Positions 20,811 through 31,392 of a stretch of DNA of 64,000 nt are shown piece after piece. The notes beneath the pieces are model-generated. The model was not told the DNA's origin. It made no database searches and saw only the letters and a program-made list of their open reading frames with translations. Source of the stretch: an uncultured cyanobacterium (GTDB taxonomy: Bacteria > Cyanobacteriota > Cyanobacteriia > Phormidesmidales > Phormidesmidaceae); NCBI GenBank assembly GCA_963793265.1, contig CAWBZI010000002.1, positions 320,001-384,000 of the forward strand, read 5' to 3'. The translations under genes and the position numbers were made by a program. The first letter of the stretch is position 1. Each line of letters opens with the position of its first letter.

Positions 20811-21497
20811 ATGTATCGTTGTGCCTGGATAGAGCACGCGCTAGTAGCGGGACTGATGATTGGCTTGCCGCTAGGAACAGGCGTTGTAGCTCAGCCCACT
20901 GGCGATGCTGTTATGACCGAGGCGGCTGAGGCTGACACTGCCTGGATTACTTTTTTAAGCGAAGAGAGCCGGTTTAGCGTGGCGATGCCGAGTGAGCCTG
21001 CTGCCTACACGCTGGCTTCTGAGACGAATACAGAAGACTCGCGGGTGTATATGCAGATGCAGCTCGCTGAGGCTGACCGGCTGGAAATATATGCGGTGGC
21101 GCTGGTAGAGTCGGCTGACTCGATGGAGCCTGAGCGCGATCGCTTCCAAACGCTATTAAGCTGCGTGAGCGGTTTAGGTAATAGTGCGCCGATTTCTTCT
21201 ACTCAAACTGAGGCGCTTAACGGCTACCAGGGAATTGAGGCTGAGTTTCAGACGGCAGACGGCGGCTTGCAAATTTCTCGCTGCTATATTTCAGAAGGCT
21301 ATTTAGAGGCCAATGATGATGACGACGTGCCGTTTCGGGCGTATATGCTGACGGTTAATAGCGAGCCTTTTTCGGCGGGGCCAGGACTGCAGCCAGTGGG
21401 TTCGGATGAGGTGGCTTTGAGTGAGGTAGCTTTGAGTGAGGGGGTGCGATCGCCTACGATTGACACCTTCTTTAGCTCATTCCAAATTTTAGACTAG
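20811..21497 (+). CDS. Hypothetical exported acidic protein (possibly PsbP-like fold)
   Basis: Signal-like N-terminus; W..F.S....FSV.MP near the start and FFSSFQI at the end. Confidence 0.55.
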   Translation: MYRCAWIEHALVAGLMIGLPLGTGVVAQPTGDAVMTEAAEADTAWITFLSEESRFSVAMPSEPAAYTLASETNTEDSRVYMQMQLAEADRLEIYAVALVESADSMEPERDRFQTLLSCVSGLGNSAPISSTQTEALNGYQGIEAEFQTADGGLQISRCYISEGYLEANDDDDVPFRAYMLTVNSEPFSAGPGLQPVGSDEVALSEVALSEGVRSPTIDTFFSSFQILD

Positions 21498-21528
21498 GCT
21501 TTACAGAAAATCCAAAGCACACAATAGT

Positions 21529-22212
21529 TTATACAGATACTTCTCCTTTCTTTTTCGTAACATCATCTGCAACAACTTCTGGCTCTACTTTTTGAAAAAG
21601 CAACAAAGTTAAAATACCAGAGACAACGATTAAGGCAATGTTTATTCCTAGCAAGGCCATGCCGCCCCAGCCCCTAATCGGATCTTCAGAGAGGAAAGCG
21701 ATCGCACCTGCGACCCCAGCGGGCACCAGCGCCAAAGCCGCCACTACGCCCACTAATGTATCGGTCTTACGTTCTGTGAGGGCCACCATGCCTGCAATGC
21801 CAGCAGCGATCGCAGTTACTACGCTATACCATCCAGGGCTAACTCGCTCTTGCAATAGCGTTCTATCTAGCAGCGCGGCTTCTTCGGGCAGTACGCCAGT
21901 GATATTTAGCAGCCAGGTGATCACTAGCGCTGCGGCCATGGATATGCACAGGCCCAAGGTTGCTGAGATGGCACCCTCACGGGCTAGGTCTGGGCGGCGG
22001 TTGACTGCGCCAAAGGAAATTAGGGCTAGCGGCGGTAGGGCGGGGGCGATGACCATAGAGCCGATGAGGACGGGGACGGAGTTGGTGAGCAGGGCGATCG
22101 CTGAGAGTACGCCAGAGGTTGCCATCAGTACGATATAAGAGGCATTGAACTCGCTTTGCTGAGTGATGCGCTGGACAATTTGAGGATCGACGGCTGGGAG
22201 GCGAGGGGCCAT
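21529..22212 (-). CDS. DUF389 family membrane protein
   Basis: LLTNS..VLIGSMVIAP, A.AAG.AG, GV..A.ALVP. Confidence 0.85.
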   Translation of the reverse strand: MAPRLPAVDPQIVQRITQQSEFNASYIVLMATSGVLSAIALLTNSVPVLIGSMVIAPALPPLALISFGAVNRRPDLAREGAISATLGLCISMAAALVITWLLNITGVLPEEAALLDRTLLQERVSPGWYSVVTAIAAGIAGMVALTERKTDTLVGVVAALALVPAGVAGAIAFLSEDPIRGWGGMALLGINIALIVVSGILTLLLFQKVEPEVVADDVTKKKGEVSV

Positions 22213-22421
22213 AAAAGATAGGAGCTAAAAAGGACTGGCACTATCACTATACGGTTTGATGAGTGTTCAATAAAGACACTATCAAGAGCTGATTAGGTTT
22301 TGCCGCGCTGTTATTGATTGTGCAGAGCAACAGATATTATCAACAAAGCATCTTCCGTTTCTATATTTTTCATTGTTATATAAACTATTTATAAGGCTTT
22401 GTCAGCCGAATAAAGAACAAA

Positions 22422-25400
22422 ATGCTGCATATTTTTGATACAGGTAATTCTTCTCTACTATTGCCTGAGGCTGATATTCATTCGAGCGGTTCAACAGATC
22501 TGCTGACGCCAGATGTTGCGATCGCCAGTTCTCTAGCTCTAAACGATCCTCTAGCTACAGCGCTTGATGCCACGTATCTTCTTGAACCGGCAGCACTAAC
22601 AGAGAACGATTCGGCACAGACAACTAATCAAAATAAGCCAACAGCAGACGCGCTGACAGGAGAGCCGCTAGTATCAAATAATCAAGCATTTACCTTCTCA
22701 AATTTTACCAATGTTCAAGATCTACAGCTAAACGGTAGCGCTGCTCAGCTCGAAGATGCCCTTCAGCTCACCTCAAACGGCAACTATCAAGCGGGAAGCA
22801 CTTTCTTTGCGCGGCCGATCGCGCTTGATGCTGATGCCTCTTTTCAAACGCAGTTTCAATTTCAGCTTAAGGGTGGAAGTGGCGGTGCAGATGGCTTTGC
22901 CTTTGTACTTCAAAATAGTGCTGCCGGGTCTGCGGCGCTAGGTGAGCAGGGCGGCAGTATCGGCTACGATATCCGCGAAATGGGACAGGGCACGCGGGTA
23001 GATAAAAGCCTAGCAATAGAATTTGATACGTATAGAAACGGCTGGGATGCTAATAACAATCATATTTCTATTCTTAAAAATGGCGACGTTACGACAGCTT
23101 TAGCGATGGCTAGTGATGGTCTTGTTGATCTTAACAGCGGCCAACTGCTGACGGCTTGGATTGACTATGACGGCAGCAGCGACAGGTTGGATGTCTCGGT
23201 TTCTAATAGCGATCGCAAGCCTGCTACTGCCGCGCTTTCCTACACTATTGATCTCACCAATATTCTTGGATCACAGGCTTTTGTTGGATTTAGTGGGGGT
23301 ACAGGTGGCCTGACAAATCAACAGCTCATTAAAAACTGGACATTTAGCGCTGAGGATGCAACGCCGACTTTTTCTCAAATCTCCAGGGCTCCTGAAATCT
23401 CTAGGGCTCCTGAAATCTCTGAAGTTCAAGAACCCGCTGCGGCACCGTTCATTCCGCCGCTTTCTTCGTCTAGCGGCAATGGCACTGGTCTTCTAGCCGA
23501 ATACTACAACAGTCTTGACTTTACTGATTTAGCGCTTACCCGTACTGACGCCACAGTTAACTTCTACTGGAACCGAAGCTCTCCCGATCCGGCTGTTAAC
23601 GCTGATTACTTCTCTGCTCGATGGACGGGCAAGGTAGAGGCGCAGTTTACCGAAGACTATACTTTCTACACCACTTCAGATGACGGTGTTCGTCTTTGGG
23701 TCAATAATACCCTGATCATTGATAGATTTTTTGATCAGTCTCCTACCGAATATAGCGGCACGCTGCCTCTGGTCGCGGGCCAAAAGTACGATATTCGGAT
23801 GGAATACTATGAAAGGCGTGATGGTGCAGCAGCACTTTTATCCTGGTCGAGCGCGTCTCAAAGCAAACAGATTATTCCACAGTCTCAGCTCTTTTTGCCG
23901 TCGTCAGATCCGGGCATTACGCTCCTACAGACCAATGACAGTACAGCCGTAGCGGAAGGTGGAGCTACAGATACCTATAGCCTATCGCTTGATGCTCAGC
24001 CTACTGATGATGTGGTGATTGCGATCGCTCATCCCGATGGTCAAACAACAGCTAACTTCAACACGCTCACCTTTACGCCTCAAAACTGGGATCAGCCCAG
24101 AATAATTACCATCACAGCCGTTGACGATGCTGAGGCCGAAAGCTTTCAGAACCGTACGATTATTCATACAGTTTCTAGCGATGATGATCGGTACAATGGG
24201 TTTGCAGTTGAGCCTCTGGGAGTTGCGATCGCTGACAACGACACGCCGCCTGAAGTTTCACTTTACGAAACCGCCCCACTTTTCACTGAAACCTATACCT
24301 TCCATACGGCGGCGACCAATAGCGTTCGCGTTTGGGTAAACAACATGCTAATTATTGATGGTCTGGTGAATCAGGCATCTGTTGCCGAATACACGGCTGC
24401 AATTGAGCTAGTCGCGGGGCAAAAGTACGAGATTGTCACTGAGCAATACGACAATGGCAGCGGCGAAATTGCTCAGGTTGAATGGTCTAGCGATTCTCAA
24501 AGCAGGCAGGCGCTGCCGCCCTATCAGCCATTTTTACCCAAGGCTCCTGCGCCAAATCCTGGCGTGCGGCTAACGCAAACGGATGGCAGTACCGCTGTAA
24601 AAGAAGGTCAGATTACGGACACCTACACGCTGGCGCTCGTGACTCAGCCAACTGATGATGTCACCGTTACCGTTGCAGTAGATAACAATCAGGTGACGAC
24701 TGACTTTAATACGCTTGTCTTTACGCCTCAAAACTGGAATCAGGCGCAGACGGTTACGGTTACGGCGACTGATGACGATGCGATAGAAGATATTCACGGG
24801 AGCACGATTACACATGCTGTTGTGAGTGCAGATGGTCAGTATGAGGGACAGGCAATCACGCCAATTGCCGTCACGATTACCGACAATGATGCCAATCTTC
24901 CTGATGCGCCTCGCCTGTTTTTAGATGCCGCTGAACTCGATGAAACGCGAGCGGCTGTTGCGGTACCCGGCTCTCACCATCAGGTCGCCTTTAACGCGAT
25001 TAAGGCTCGTGTGGATCAAAACGACTGGCGCGTCTATGACGAGAATTTGAATGATAATAACTGGAACTATGCCCGAGCCTGGCACGCTCGCGAAGCTGCC
25101 TTTGTGTATCTAATTACGGGCGAAGAAGTGTACGCCCAAAATGCTTACGATACGCTCTACGCGATTCATAACGACCCCGATCCTGACCGTCGCCTGCCTG
25201 AGTCTGGTCGGGGACTGGCGCGAGCAGCAACTGGGATGGGATTTGCGCTGGCCTACGACTGGGCAGGCGCGGGCTGGACGCAGGCTCAAAAAGACTACAT
25301 ACGTGGCAAGCTCAACACCGCGCTAGACGCCTGGCCTAGCTACGGACATCCTAACTTCGCAAGTCCCTATGGCTCTAACTGGGTAGCGGTTTCGCGCGGC

Positions 25401-26696
25401 GCTGAGCTGGTGATGATGCTGGCGGCTGGGGAGGAGACTAATCGCGCTGACCGCTTTACTAGCCTTAAGTTTTGGCTAAGAGAGCACCTGCAAACGGCCT
25501 ATGGTGATACGGGGATGACGCAAGAGGGTCAGGGCTATTTGGCCTATGCAGGCGGCTTTTTGATGCCTGCCGTTTACGCGCTGCGTAGCGTTGGCGATAG
25601 CTCTTTAGAGAATGCTTTTTCAGAGATTGACTTTGAACAGCTTCCGCTTTACACAGGTGCTTTTGACGCCGATCAGTCTTCTCTTCAGTTTGGCGTTGCG
25701 GGCATTGGCTTTGACGCCGAAGGGTTTACTAGCTTTTTGCTGGACAGCGCCGATCCTGAAGTGCAGCCTTACTATCAATATTTTTATGACCGCCACCGTG
25801 GCTTAGAGAACGCTGCTGAGCCTGGTGATAAGTTCGACTACCGCCGGGCTGGCGCGGTTTGGTCGGTGCTTTACTACCCGACGAATACTACCGCGCTCGA
25901 TCCTTCTGGGGTGCTGCCTGCTGCAATTCAAGATAGCGAGAAAGGAGTTTATTTGTTCCGCGATCGCTGGCAAGATCAGGACGACGTTTTAATCTCTCTA
26001 ATGGGTGACTTCACACAGCATCGTCGCAGTTGGGATCAGCCCGAAGCGTTCTCACTCGGGCTCCATGCCTACGATACTCTCTACTTTGGTGGCCCTATTC
26101 AAAGCGAGAACGCTAGCGACTATAGCAAGCTAATTGTAGATGGCAAAGCGGGTAACCGCTCTCTTACAGGGGCACCAGAATTCTTTGAAGCCCGAAATCA
26201 GGGCGGCTATGCCATTGTTGACGGTGGCGCGCTCTACGATAGCTTAGGAATTGACGAGGCGCAGCGGCATTTGCTGGTAGATTTTTCGGGCGAGGCAGGT
26301 GGTGCGCTCCTTTCTACGCTGGATCGGTTAGAAGATTTGGAGAGCCATATCTACACCTGGCAGGCAAATTTAGGGACGGTTGGTAATGACGGTGGCATTG
26401 TGGCGACGGCTGGCCAAGAGGGCGATATTAAAACGTTTTTGCTGGAAGGTAATCGCGATAGCTACCTGAAAGGGTGGATTCTGAATCCTTCAGATGCCAT
26501 TGTTAGAACAGGCGATCCGTTGCAAATTGAAACAACAGATGACAATGCTGATATTTGGGTGGTGATGCTGGTGGGTACGGGCGTAGCACCGACGGCTAGC
26601 GTTACGGGGTCAGGATTAGAGAGTGAAATGCAGGTGGGGAATGCCCGTGTTTATTTTGATGCTGGGCTTAATCGGATTGTGACTGAAGGGCTGTAG
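22422..26696 (+). CDS. Modular carbohydrate-active protein: L-type lectin + PA14 + Calx-beta-like repeats + lyase/heparinase II/III-like domain
   Basis: GADGFAFV/AIEFDT/FVGFSGGTG (legume lectin); FSARWTG/SDDGVRL (PA14); two LTFTPQNW repeats; C-terminal SNW, EGQGY..Y and FRDRWQD motifs. Confidence 0.75.
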   Translation: MLHIFDTGNSSLLLPEADIHSSGSTDLLTPDVAIASSLALNDPLATALDATYLLEPAALTENDSAQTTNQNKPTADALTGEPLVSNNQAFTFSNFTNVQDLQLNGSAAQLEDALQLTSNGNYQAGSTFFARPIALDADASFQTQFQFQLKGGSGGADGFAFVLQNSAAGSAALGEQGGSIGYDIREMGQGTRVDKSLAIEFDTYRNGWDANNNHISILKNGDVTTALAMASDGLVDLNSGQLLTAWIDYDGSSDRLDVSVSNSDRKPATAALSYTIDLTNILGSQAFVGFSGGTGGLTNQQLIKNWTFSAEDATPTFSQISRAPEISRAPEISEVQEPAAAPFIPPLSSSSGNGTGLLAEYYNSLDFTDLALTRTDATVNFYWNRSSPDPAVNADYFSARWTGKVEAQFTEDYTFYTTSDDGVRLWVNNTLIIDRFFDQSPTEYSGTLPLVAGQKYDIRMEYYERRDGAAALLSWSSASQSKQIIPQSQLFLPSSDPGITLLQTNDSTAVAEGGATDTYSLSLDAQPTDDVVIAIAHPDGQTTANFNTLTFTPQNWDQPRIITITAVDDAEAESFQNRTIIHTVSSDDDRYNGFAVEPLGVAIADNDTPPEVSLYETAPLFTETYTFHTAATNSVRVWVNNMLIIDGLVNQASVAEYTAAIELVAGQKYEIVTEQYDNGSGEIAQVEWSSDSQSRQALPPYQPFLPKAPAPNPGVRLTQTDGSTAVKEGQITDTYTLALVTQPTDDVTVTVAVDNNQVTTDFNTLVFTPQNWNQAQTVTVTATDDDAIEDIHGSTITHAVVSADGQYEGQAITPIAVTITDNDANLPDAPRLFLDAAELDETRAAVAVPGSHHQVAFNAIKARVDQNDWRVYDENLNDNNWNYARAWHAREAAFVYLITGEEVYAQNAYDTLYAIHNDPDPDRRLPESGRGLARAATGMGFALAYDWAGAGWTQAQKDYIRGKLNTALDAWPSYGHPNFASPYGSNWVAVSRGAELVMMLAAGEETNRADRFTSLKFWLREHLQTAYGDTGMTQEGQGYLAYAGGFLMPAVYALRSVGDSSLENAFSEIDFEQLPLYTGAFDADQSSLQFGVAGIGFDAEGFTSFLLDSADPEVQPYYQYFYDRHRGLENAAEPGDKFDYRRAGAVWSVLYYPTNTTALDPSGVLPAAIQDSEKGVYLFRDRWQDQDDVLISLMGDFTQHRRSWDQPEAFSLGLHAYDTLYFGGPIQSENASDYSKLIVDGKAGNRSLTGAPEFFEARNQGGYAIVDGGALYDSLGIDEAQRHLLVDFSGEAGGALLSTLDRLEDLESHIYTWQANLGTVGNDGGIVATAGQEGDIKTFLLEGNRDSYLKGWILNPSDAIVRTGDPLQIETTDDNADIWVVMLVGTGVAPTASVTGSGLESEMQVGNARVYFDAGLNRIVTEGL

Positions 26697-27183
26697 GGTC
26701 TGCGGGTGTGGGGCGATCGCTCATTTGCACAATCGCCCATCCACCGATAAAAAGACCTAGACCCAGAGCTAAAAATCCCATATCCCAAGCAAACTCATTT
26801 GGCCCTGGCTTTACGTGGTGAATGCCCAGAATTTGGTGATCGATGAGTCCTTCAACAAAATCAAATAGTCCTGCGCCCATAAGTAGGGAGCCGATAAAAA
26901 CAGAGGTAGAGTGCGAAACGTCTTCTTTTATGCTCACTCGCCAAAGCAGCCCGATACCTGTGATCGTCAAAAGATAGTCCAACAGATGAAACAGCCCGTC
27001 GCCTAGCGTGTTTAGCTCAAGCCCTGCGACCGTGCGATCTGTCTCAACGCTTGTAAACATGTGATGCCACTGCAAAAGCTGGTGAATCACAATGCCGTCA
27101 AAAAAGCCTGCCTGGCCCAGACCCAACACAATGCCCGCTACAATGAGCGGCTTGCGGTTTGAGCGGACAGGTGAATCGACCAT
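26668..27183 (-). CDS. DUF2243 membrane protein
   Basis: FFDGIVIHQLLQWHHM, DGLFH, EGLIDHQILGIHHV. Confidence 0.9.
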   Translation of the reverse strand: MVDSPVRSNRKPLIVAGIVLGLGQAGFFDGIVIHQLLQWHHMFTSVETDRTVAGLELNTLGDGLFHLLDYLLTITGIGLLWRVSIKEDVSHSTSVFIGSLLMGAGLFDFVEGLIDHQILGIHHVKPGPNEFAWDMGFLALGLGLFIGGWAIVQMSDRPTPADPTALQSQSD

Positions 27184-27337
27184 GGTTTTCTAGGGTATCG
27201 TACAGTTTTACTACCTTGATGGGTTGCGTTCTTGGGTTCATCTTCCTTTTGGCATGTAACCGGGCTGAATCTTACAGAAGGATGAGGTGTGAAGGAGAGC
27301 GGCGATCGCACAATAAATCTGGTTTACTTTCGAGCCT

Positions 27338-28627
27338 ATGCCAGTCACCCCAATTTCTCTCCCTCAGTTCAAAACCGACAGCGCCCAAACTCACAGTGCC
27401 CGAACTGACAGTACTCAAAAAATACTCTCTCCTGATCGACTTCTTGACGCTGCAAAAGACATTGCAGACAGCGCTGCTATAGGCGCAGCTGATGTTGATA
27501 GGGTCGGCGCATTTCCAGCAGAAGGGTTCAAACAGCTCGGCGCGGCTGGTTTTCTCTCGGCACCCTTGCAGCCGAAATACGGTGGCGCAGGTCTTGGCAT
27601 TGCCTCTGATAAAACCTCGCTGACGCTAGAAATTCTTAAACATATCGGTCGCGGTAATCTGTCTATGGGCCGAGTGTACGAAGGCCACGTTAATGCCCTT
27701 CAGCTTGTGCAAACGTTTGGGACGCCTGCGCAGGTAGAAAGATACGCTCAAGACGCTCGCAACAACAAAGTGTTTGGCGTATGGAATGCTGAGGCTGAGG
27801 ATGGCGTAAAGCTTATTCCTATTCAAAATGGCGGCTATCGTATTGAGGGGAGCAAAACGTTTTGCTCGGGCTGCGGCTACGTGGAACGGCCTTTTGTGAA
27901 CGGTGTTGTTGTCGGGGGGCCCTCGGACGGGCAGTGGCAAATGTGTATTGTGCCGATGGAGAAAGTAACTGTGGATATTGATCCTAGCTGGTGGCAGCCT
28001 TCAGGAATGCGGGCTTCAGCTAGCTATAAGGTTGATTTTACAGGCGTAGAGCTAACGGCTGCTGATATTATTGCCGGGCCCGGTGATTATTTCCGTCAGC
28101 CCTGGCTTACCACTGGCGTTGTTCGCTTTGCGGCTGTTCAGCTTGGCGGCGCTGAGGCACTATTCGATGCTACCCGCACTTATTTGCAGGGGATGGGGCG
28201 AATCGATCATCCTCATCAGCAGGCCCGACTGGGGAAGATGGCGATCGCACTCGAACAAGGCAACCTCTGGCTTCACAGTAGCGCCCGGCGGGTAGAAAAC
28301 TACGCGCCTACTTTTGGGGGTGCTTTTGTGGATGAGTCCGTGGATAGCGATCGCGCCAACCCTCTAGAAGCACATCAGCCTAGCGCTTCACAGCTCGTCA
28401 GCTATGCCAACATGGTGCGGACGGCTATCGAACAAATTTGTATCGACATGATGCAGCTTACAGAGCGCTGTGTGGGCACTCGCGGCCTGCTTCCTCCTCA
28501 CCCAATGGAGCGAATCATTCGAGATCTGACGCTCTATCTTCGCCAGCCTGCCTTTGATATCTCACTCACAAGCGTGGGTAAATATGTGCTTGAACAAACA
28601 GAACCTGCTAGCGAATTGTGGTCTTGA
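27338..28627 (+). CDS. Acyl-CoA dehydrogenase-like flavoprotein
   Basis: GRVYEGHVNA, G.KTFCSG, GMRASAS, RDLTLYLRQP. Confidence 0.88.
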   Translation: MPVTPISLPQFKTDSAQTHSARTDSTQKILSPDRLLDAAKDIADSAAIGAADVDRVGAFPAEGFKQLGAAGFLSAPLQPKYGGAGLGIASDKTSLTLEILKHIGRGNLSMGRVYEGHVNALQLVQTFGTPAQVERYAQDARNNKVFGVWNAEAEDGVKLIPIQNGGYRIEGSKTFCSGCGYVERPFVNGVVVGGPSDGQWQMCIVPMEKVTVDIDPSWWQPSGMRASASYKVDFTGVELTAADIIAGPGDYFRQPWLTTGVVRFAAVQLGGAEALFDATRTYLQGMGRIDHPHQQARLGKMAIALEQGNLWLHSSARRVENYAPTFGGAFVDESVDSDRANPLEAHQPSASQLVSYANMVRTAIEQICIDMMQLTERCVGTRGLLPPHPMERIIRDLTLYLRQPAFDISLTSVGKYVLEQTEPASELWS

Positions 28628-28630
28628 GAG

Positions 28631-29386
28631 ATGGCTATGGAAACAACAGTGAAAACAATTGTCGAAACTTCTATAGACTCTCTTGTGCTACATACGGCTG
28701 ATGAAGTCTTTGCAGATTGCAAGGGTGCAATAGTGCTTGCGCCTCATCCTGACGATGAGACTTTAGGCTGTGGGGGTGCGATCGCGCTTCTCCGCCAGCG
28801 CTCTATCCCCGTCCACGTGATAATCCTAAGCGACGGCACGAAATCTCACCCCGACTCTCAAACCCATCCCGCGCCCGTTCTGAAGGCGCTCAGAGAAACT
28901 GAAACCTATACTGCCTTAGCCCAGCTTGGGGTCACCAAAGAATTTGTCACCTTTCTCAACTGGCCCGACACAGCCGTTCCTCACCCTGCGCACCCAGACT
29001 TTTCGACCGCCGTCAGCCAGTGCGCCTACTACCTCCGCAAATACTCACCATCGCTCCTCTTTGTGCCCTGGCAAAACGACCGGCACTGCGACCACCGCGC
29101 TACCTGGCAAATCGCTCAGCAGTGCCTAGAACACCTCTCTAATCCCCCCAAACAAGTGGTCTACGCCGTTTGGGGAACGCCCTCAGCCGGTCTACCTTCT
29201 TTGCCACCAGGCGAAACTGGCTGGCGGCTCGATATTCGCTCAGTCCAACAGCTCAAACGCTCCGCGGCGATGGCGCATCAGTCCCAAACGACCGATCTTA
29301 TCCAAGACGATCCAACTGCCTTTCGCCTCACGCCAACGATGTTGAACAACCTCATTCAGCCCTGGGAAACTTACCTGAACGCATAG
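28631..29386 (+). CDS. PIG-L/LmbE family deacetylase
   Basis: APHPDDETLGCGG, SDG..SHP, D.H.DH, AHQSQ. Confidence 0.92.
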   Translation: MAMETTVKTIVETSIDSLVLHTADEVFADCKGAIVLAPHPDDETLGCGGAIALLRQRSIPVHVIILSDGTKSHPDSQTHPAPVLKALRETETYTALAQLGVTKEFVTFLNWPDTAVPHPAHPDFSTAVSQCAYYLRKYSPSLLFVPWQNDRHCDHRATWQIAQQCLEHLSNPPKQVVYAVWGTPSAGLPSLPPGETGWRLDIRSVQQLKRSAAMAHQSQTTDLIQDDPTAFRLTPTMLNNLIQPWETYLNA

Positions 29387-29389
29387 CTT

Positions 29390-29977
29390 ATGACCTCTCA
29401 AAAAGAATCACTGCCGCCAAGCTATTTCGAGAAAATGTACGCGGCTGATATAGATCCCTGGGAATTTGAAACCAGCGAGTACGAAGCGAAAAAGTATGCC
29501 GCAAGTGTTGCTGCGCTGCCTAAAGAACAGTACCGCTCAGCTTTTGAGATTGGCGGGTCTATTGGCGTGTTAACTGAGAAATTGAGCGATCGCACTCAGT
29601 CTCTTCTCTCTATAGACGTATCTGAAACTGCCCAGACCCGCGCTAAAGAACGCTGCAAACACCTGAGCCACGTTGAGTTTGACATTCTCCAAATCCCCCG
29701 CGACTACCCCGATCGCATGTTCGATCTAACCGTTGTCTCTGAAGTTGGCTACTACTGGAGCGCCACAGACCTGCCGACTGCCCAACAGCAGATCGCCAGC
29801 CATCTAGAACCGGGCGGTCACCTACTGCTTGTTCACTGGACGCCCTACGTCGCAGAATATCCGCTGACAGGCGATCAGGTTCACGAAGCCTTTCTCTCAC
29901 AGGTCGGCACCCTTTGGCGATCGCTACACTCTCAGCGCGAAGATCGGTATCGCCTCGACCTGCTTGAGCGCCTGTAA
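29390..29977 (+). CDS. NodS-like SAM-dependent methyltransferase
   Basis: YF..MY....DPW.F..S.YE..KY, EIGGSIG, SEVGYYW, HW. Confidence 0.88.
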   Translation: MTSQKESLPPSYFEKMYAADIDPWEFETSEYEAKKYAASVAALPKEQYRSAFEIGGSIGVLTEKLSDRTQSLLSIDVSETAQTRAKERCKHLSHVEFDILQIPRDYPDRMFDLTVVSEVGYYWSATDLPTAQQQIASHLEPGGHLLLVHWTPYVAEYPLTGDQVHEAFLSQVGTLWRSLHSQREDRYRLDLLERL

Positions 29978-31264
29978 TACGCACCGTAGATAGCGCATGT
30001 TTGAAGAATCTGTACTTTGATGAACGTCAGCCTGATGTCGTAGCGTCTGCAATAGCTGCCGCAGATGCATGTTTGCTAAGCTAACCTCTGTATTCATCCA
30101 CGCCGAGGTTGAAAAATCGATTTGTTGCTTTTGATGATTTTCAATGGCCTCTATCAGCTTGCCAAAAGTAGGCGCGCTTTCAATTTCATTTCGTAACAAC
30201 TCAGCCGAGATTCCTAAACTTCTGCCCAAGAGATCCGCTCGCCTGGCATATTCACATACTCTAAATCCTGCTGTGCGATCGCCGTTCACATCCATCCAAA
30301 ACTGCCGAAGCTGCTCTCTCACTAAAATCCGCGCTTCTGTCAATATTGGCGATTCTACTAAAACGGCTTGCTTTTGACGGCTGCGCTTAGTCAATCGCTC
30401 CAACAGCTCAGCAAGCCCACCTGTGGCCCGACCCACCTGCCGCGCGCTTGTAAATACCTGTACCTCTGGGCTATGCCGAATCTTTGCATCTACCTGCTGA
30501 AGGCGGCGGTATAGCGCTACGTCTTCTTCCTGGCGCATAGGGGGGAGTCCGCCTACTTTGCCATATAGCTCAGCTAGCAGCGCCATATTAGCGCCGTAAT
30601 ATTGAAAGTGTCTGGGCCAGCAGTCATGAGGCTGTGGGTCTAAAAAAGTCTCTATTTGCGCCGCAATATACTGGTGGGCTAGCAGTCGTAAAAAATAAAG
30701 AGAAGCCTCTGGTGCTAGCCCTGAATCTGCCTCTCGCCGCGTTAAAATGCGCCCACCGACCGCATCTACGCCCCTGTCAAACTCTCGAATTAGACTATTT
30801 ACCCAGGTGGGAGAGACTTCTGTATCTCCATCAGTAGAGGCGATAATTCTGCCTGCTAGTCCGATGATAGACAGTCTTCTGTAGGCTTCGTTCATGACTA
30901 AGCGACGAGCCGTGCCGACGTGGGCGATCGCTTCAGGCAACGAAACCTCTATCACATGCAAGTTGAGATTTAGGTAAGATTGCGAAAGCGATCGCCCTAC
31001 TGCTGCTGACTCATCGCTACAGTTATTCGCTAAGATCAACACTTCATAGCTGTTCGGGTCAATTGCTTGTCCTTCGTCGTCTACCTGCTTAGAAAAGCTG
31101 CGAATAGTTGCGCTTAAACGACTGGCTTCATTTCTTACAGGTGCGATAATACAAACGCGACAGTCTTTGTGAGGAGAAGCTGTTGTTAAAGGGATGAGAT
31201 TGCCTATTTTCAGAGGGCCTAACGCTTCTGTCGCGGCAATTTCCGGTTCAATTGAAAGGAGCAA
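29924..31264 (-). CDS. Glycosyltransferase family 2, convergent and overlapping the methyltransferase gene
   Basis: PVRNE, ANNCSD, VGTARR, STDGDT, GG.PP...EED, TSAR..GRA.GG. Confidence 0.9.
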   Translation of the reverse strand: MLLSIEPEIAATEALGPLKIGNLIPLTTASPHKDCRVCIIAPVRNEASRLSATIRSFSKQVDDEGQAIDPNSYEVLILANNCSDESAAVGRSLSQSYLNLNLHVIEVSLPEAIAHVGTARRLVMNEAYRRLSIIGLAGRIIASTDGDTEVSPTWVNSLIREFDRGVDAVGGRILTRREADSGLAPEASLYFLRLLAHQYIAAQIETFLDPQPHDCWPRHFQYYGANMALLAELYGKVGGLPPMRQEEDVALYRRLQQVDAKIRHSPEVQVFTSARQVGRATGGLAELLERLTKRSRQKQAVLVESPILTEARILVREQLRQFWMDVNGDRTAGFRVCEYARRADLLGRSLGISAELLRNEIESAPTFGKLIEAIENHQKQQIDFSTSAWMNTEVSLANMHLRQLLQTLRHQADVHQSTDSSNMRYLRCVLQALKQVEAIPIFALRV

Positions 31265-31392
31265 AAGAAAGCTATCCTTGAAGATAAAGACAGCTTAAAT
31301 TCTTACAACTCTCCTTTGTTTATTCCTCTTTACTTAGATGTATCTTACGTGACCGTTTAGCTCTGATGGCATACAACTATAGGCACTTCCTG

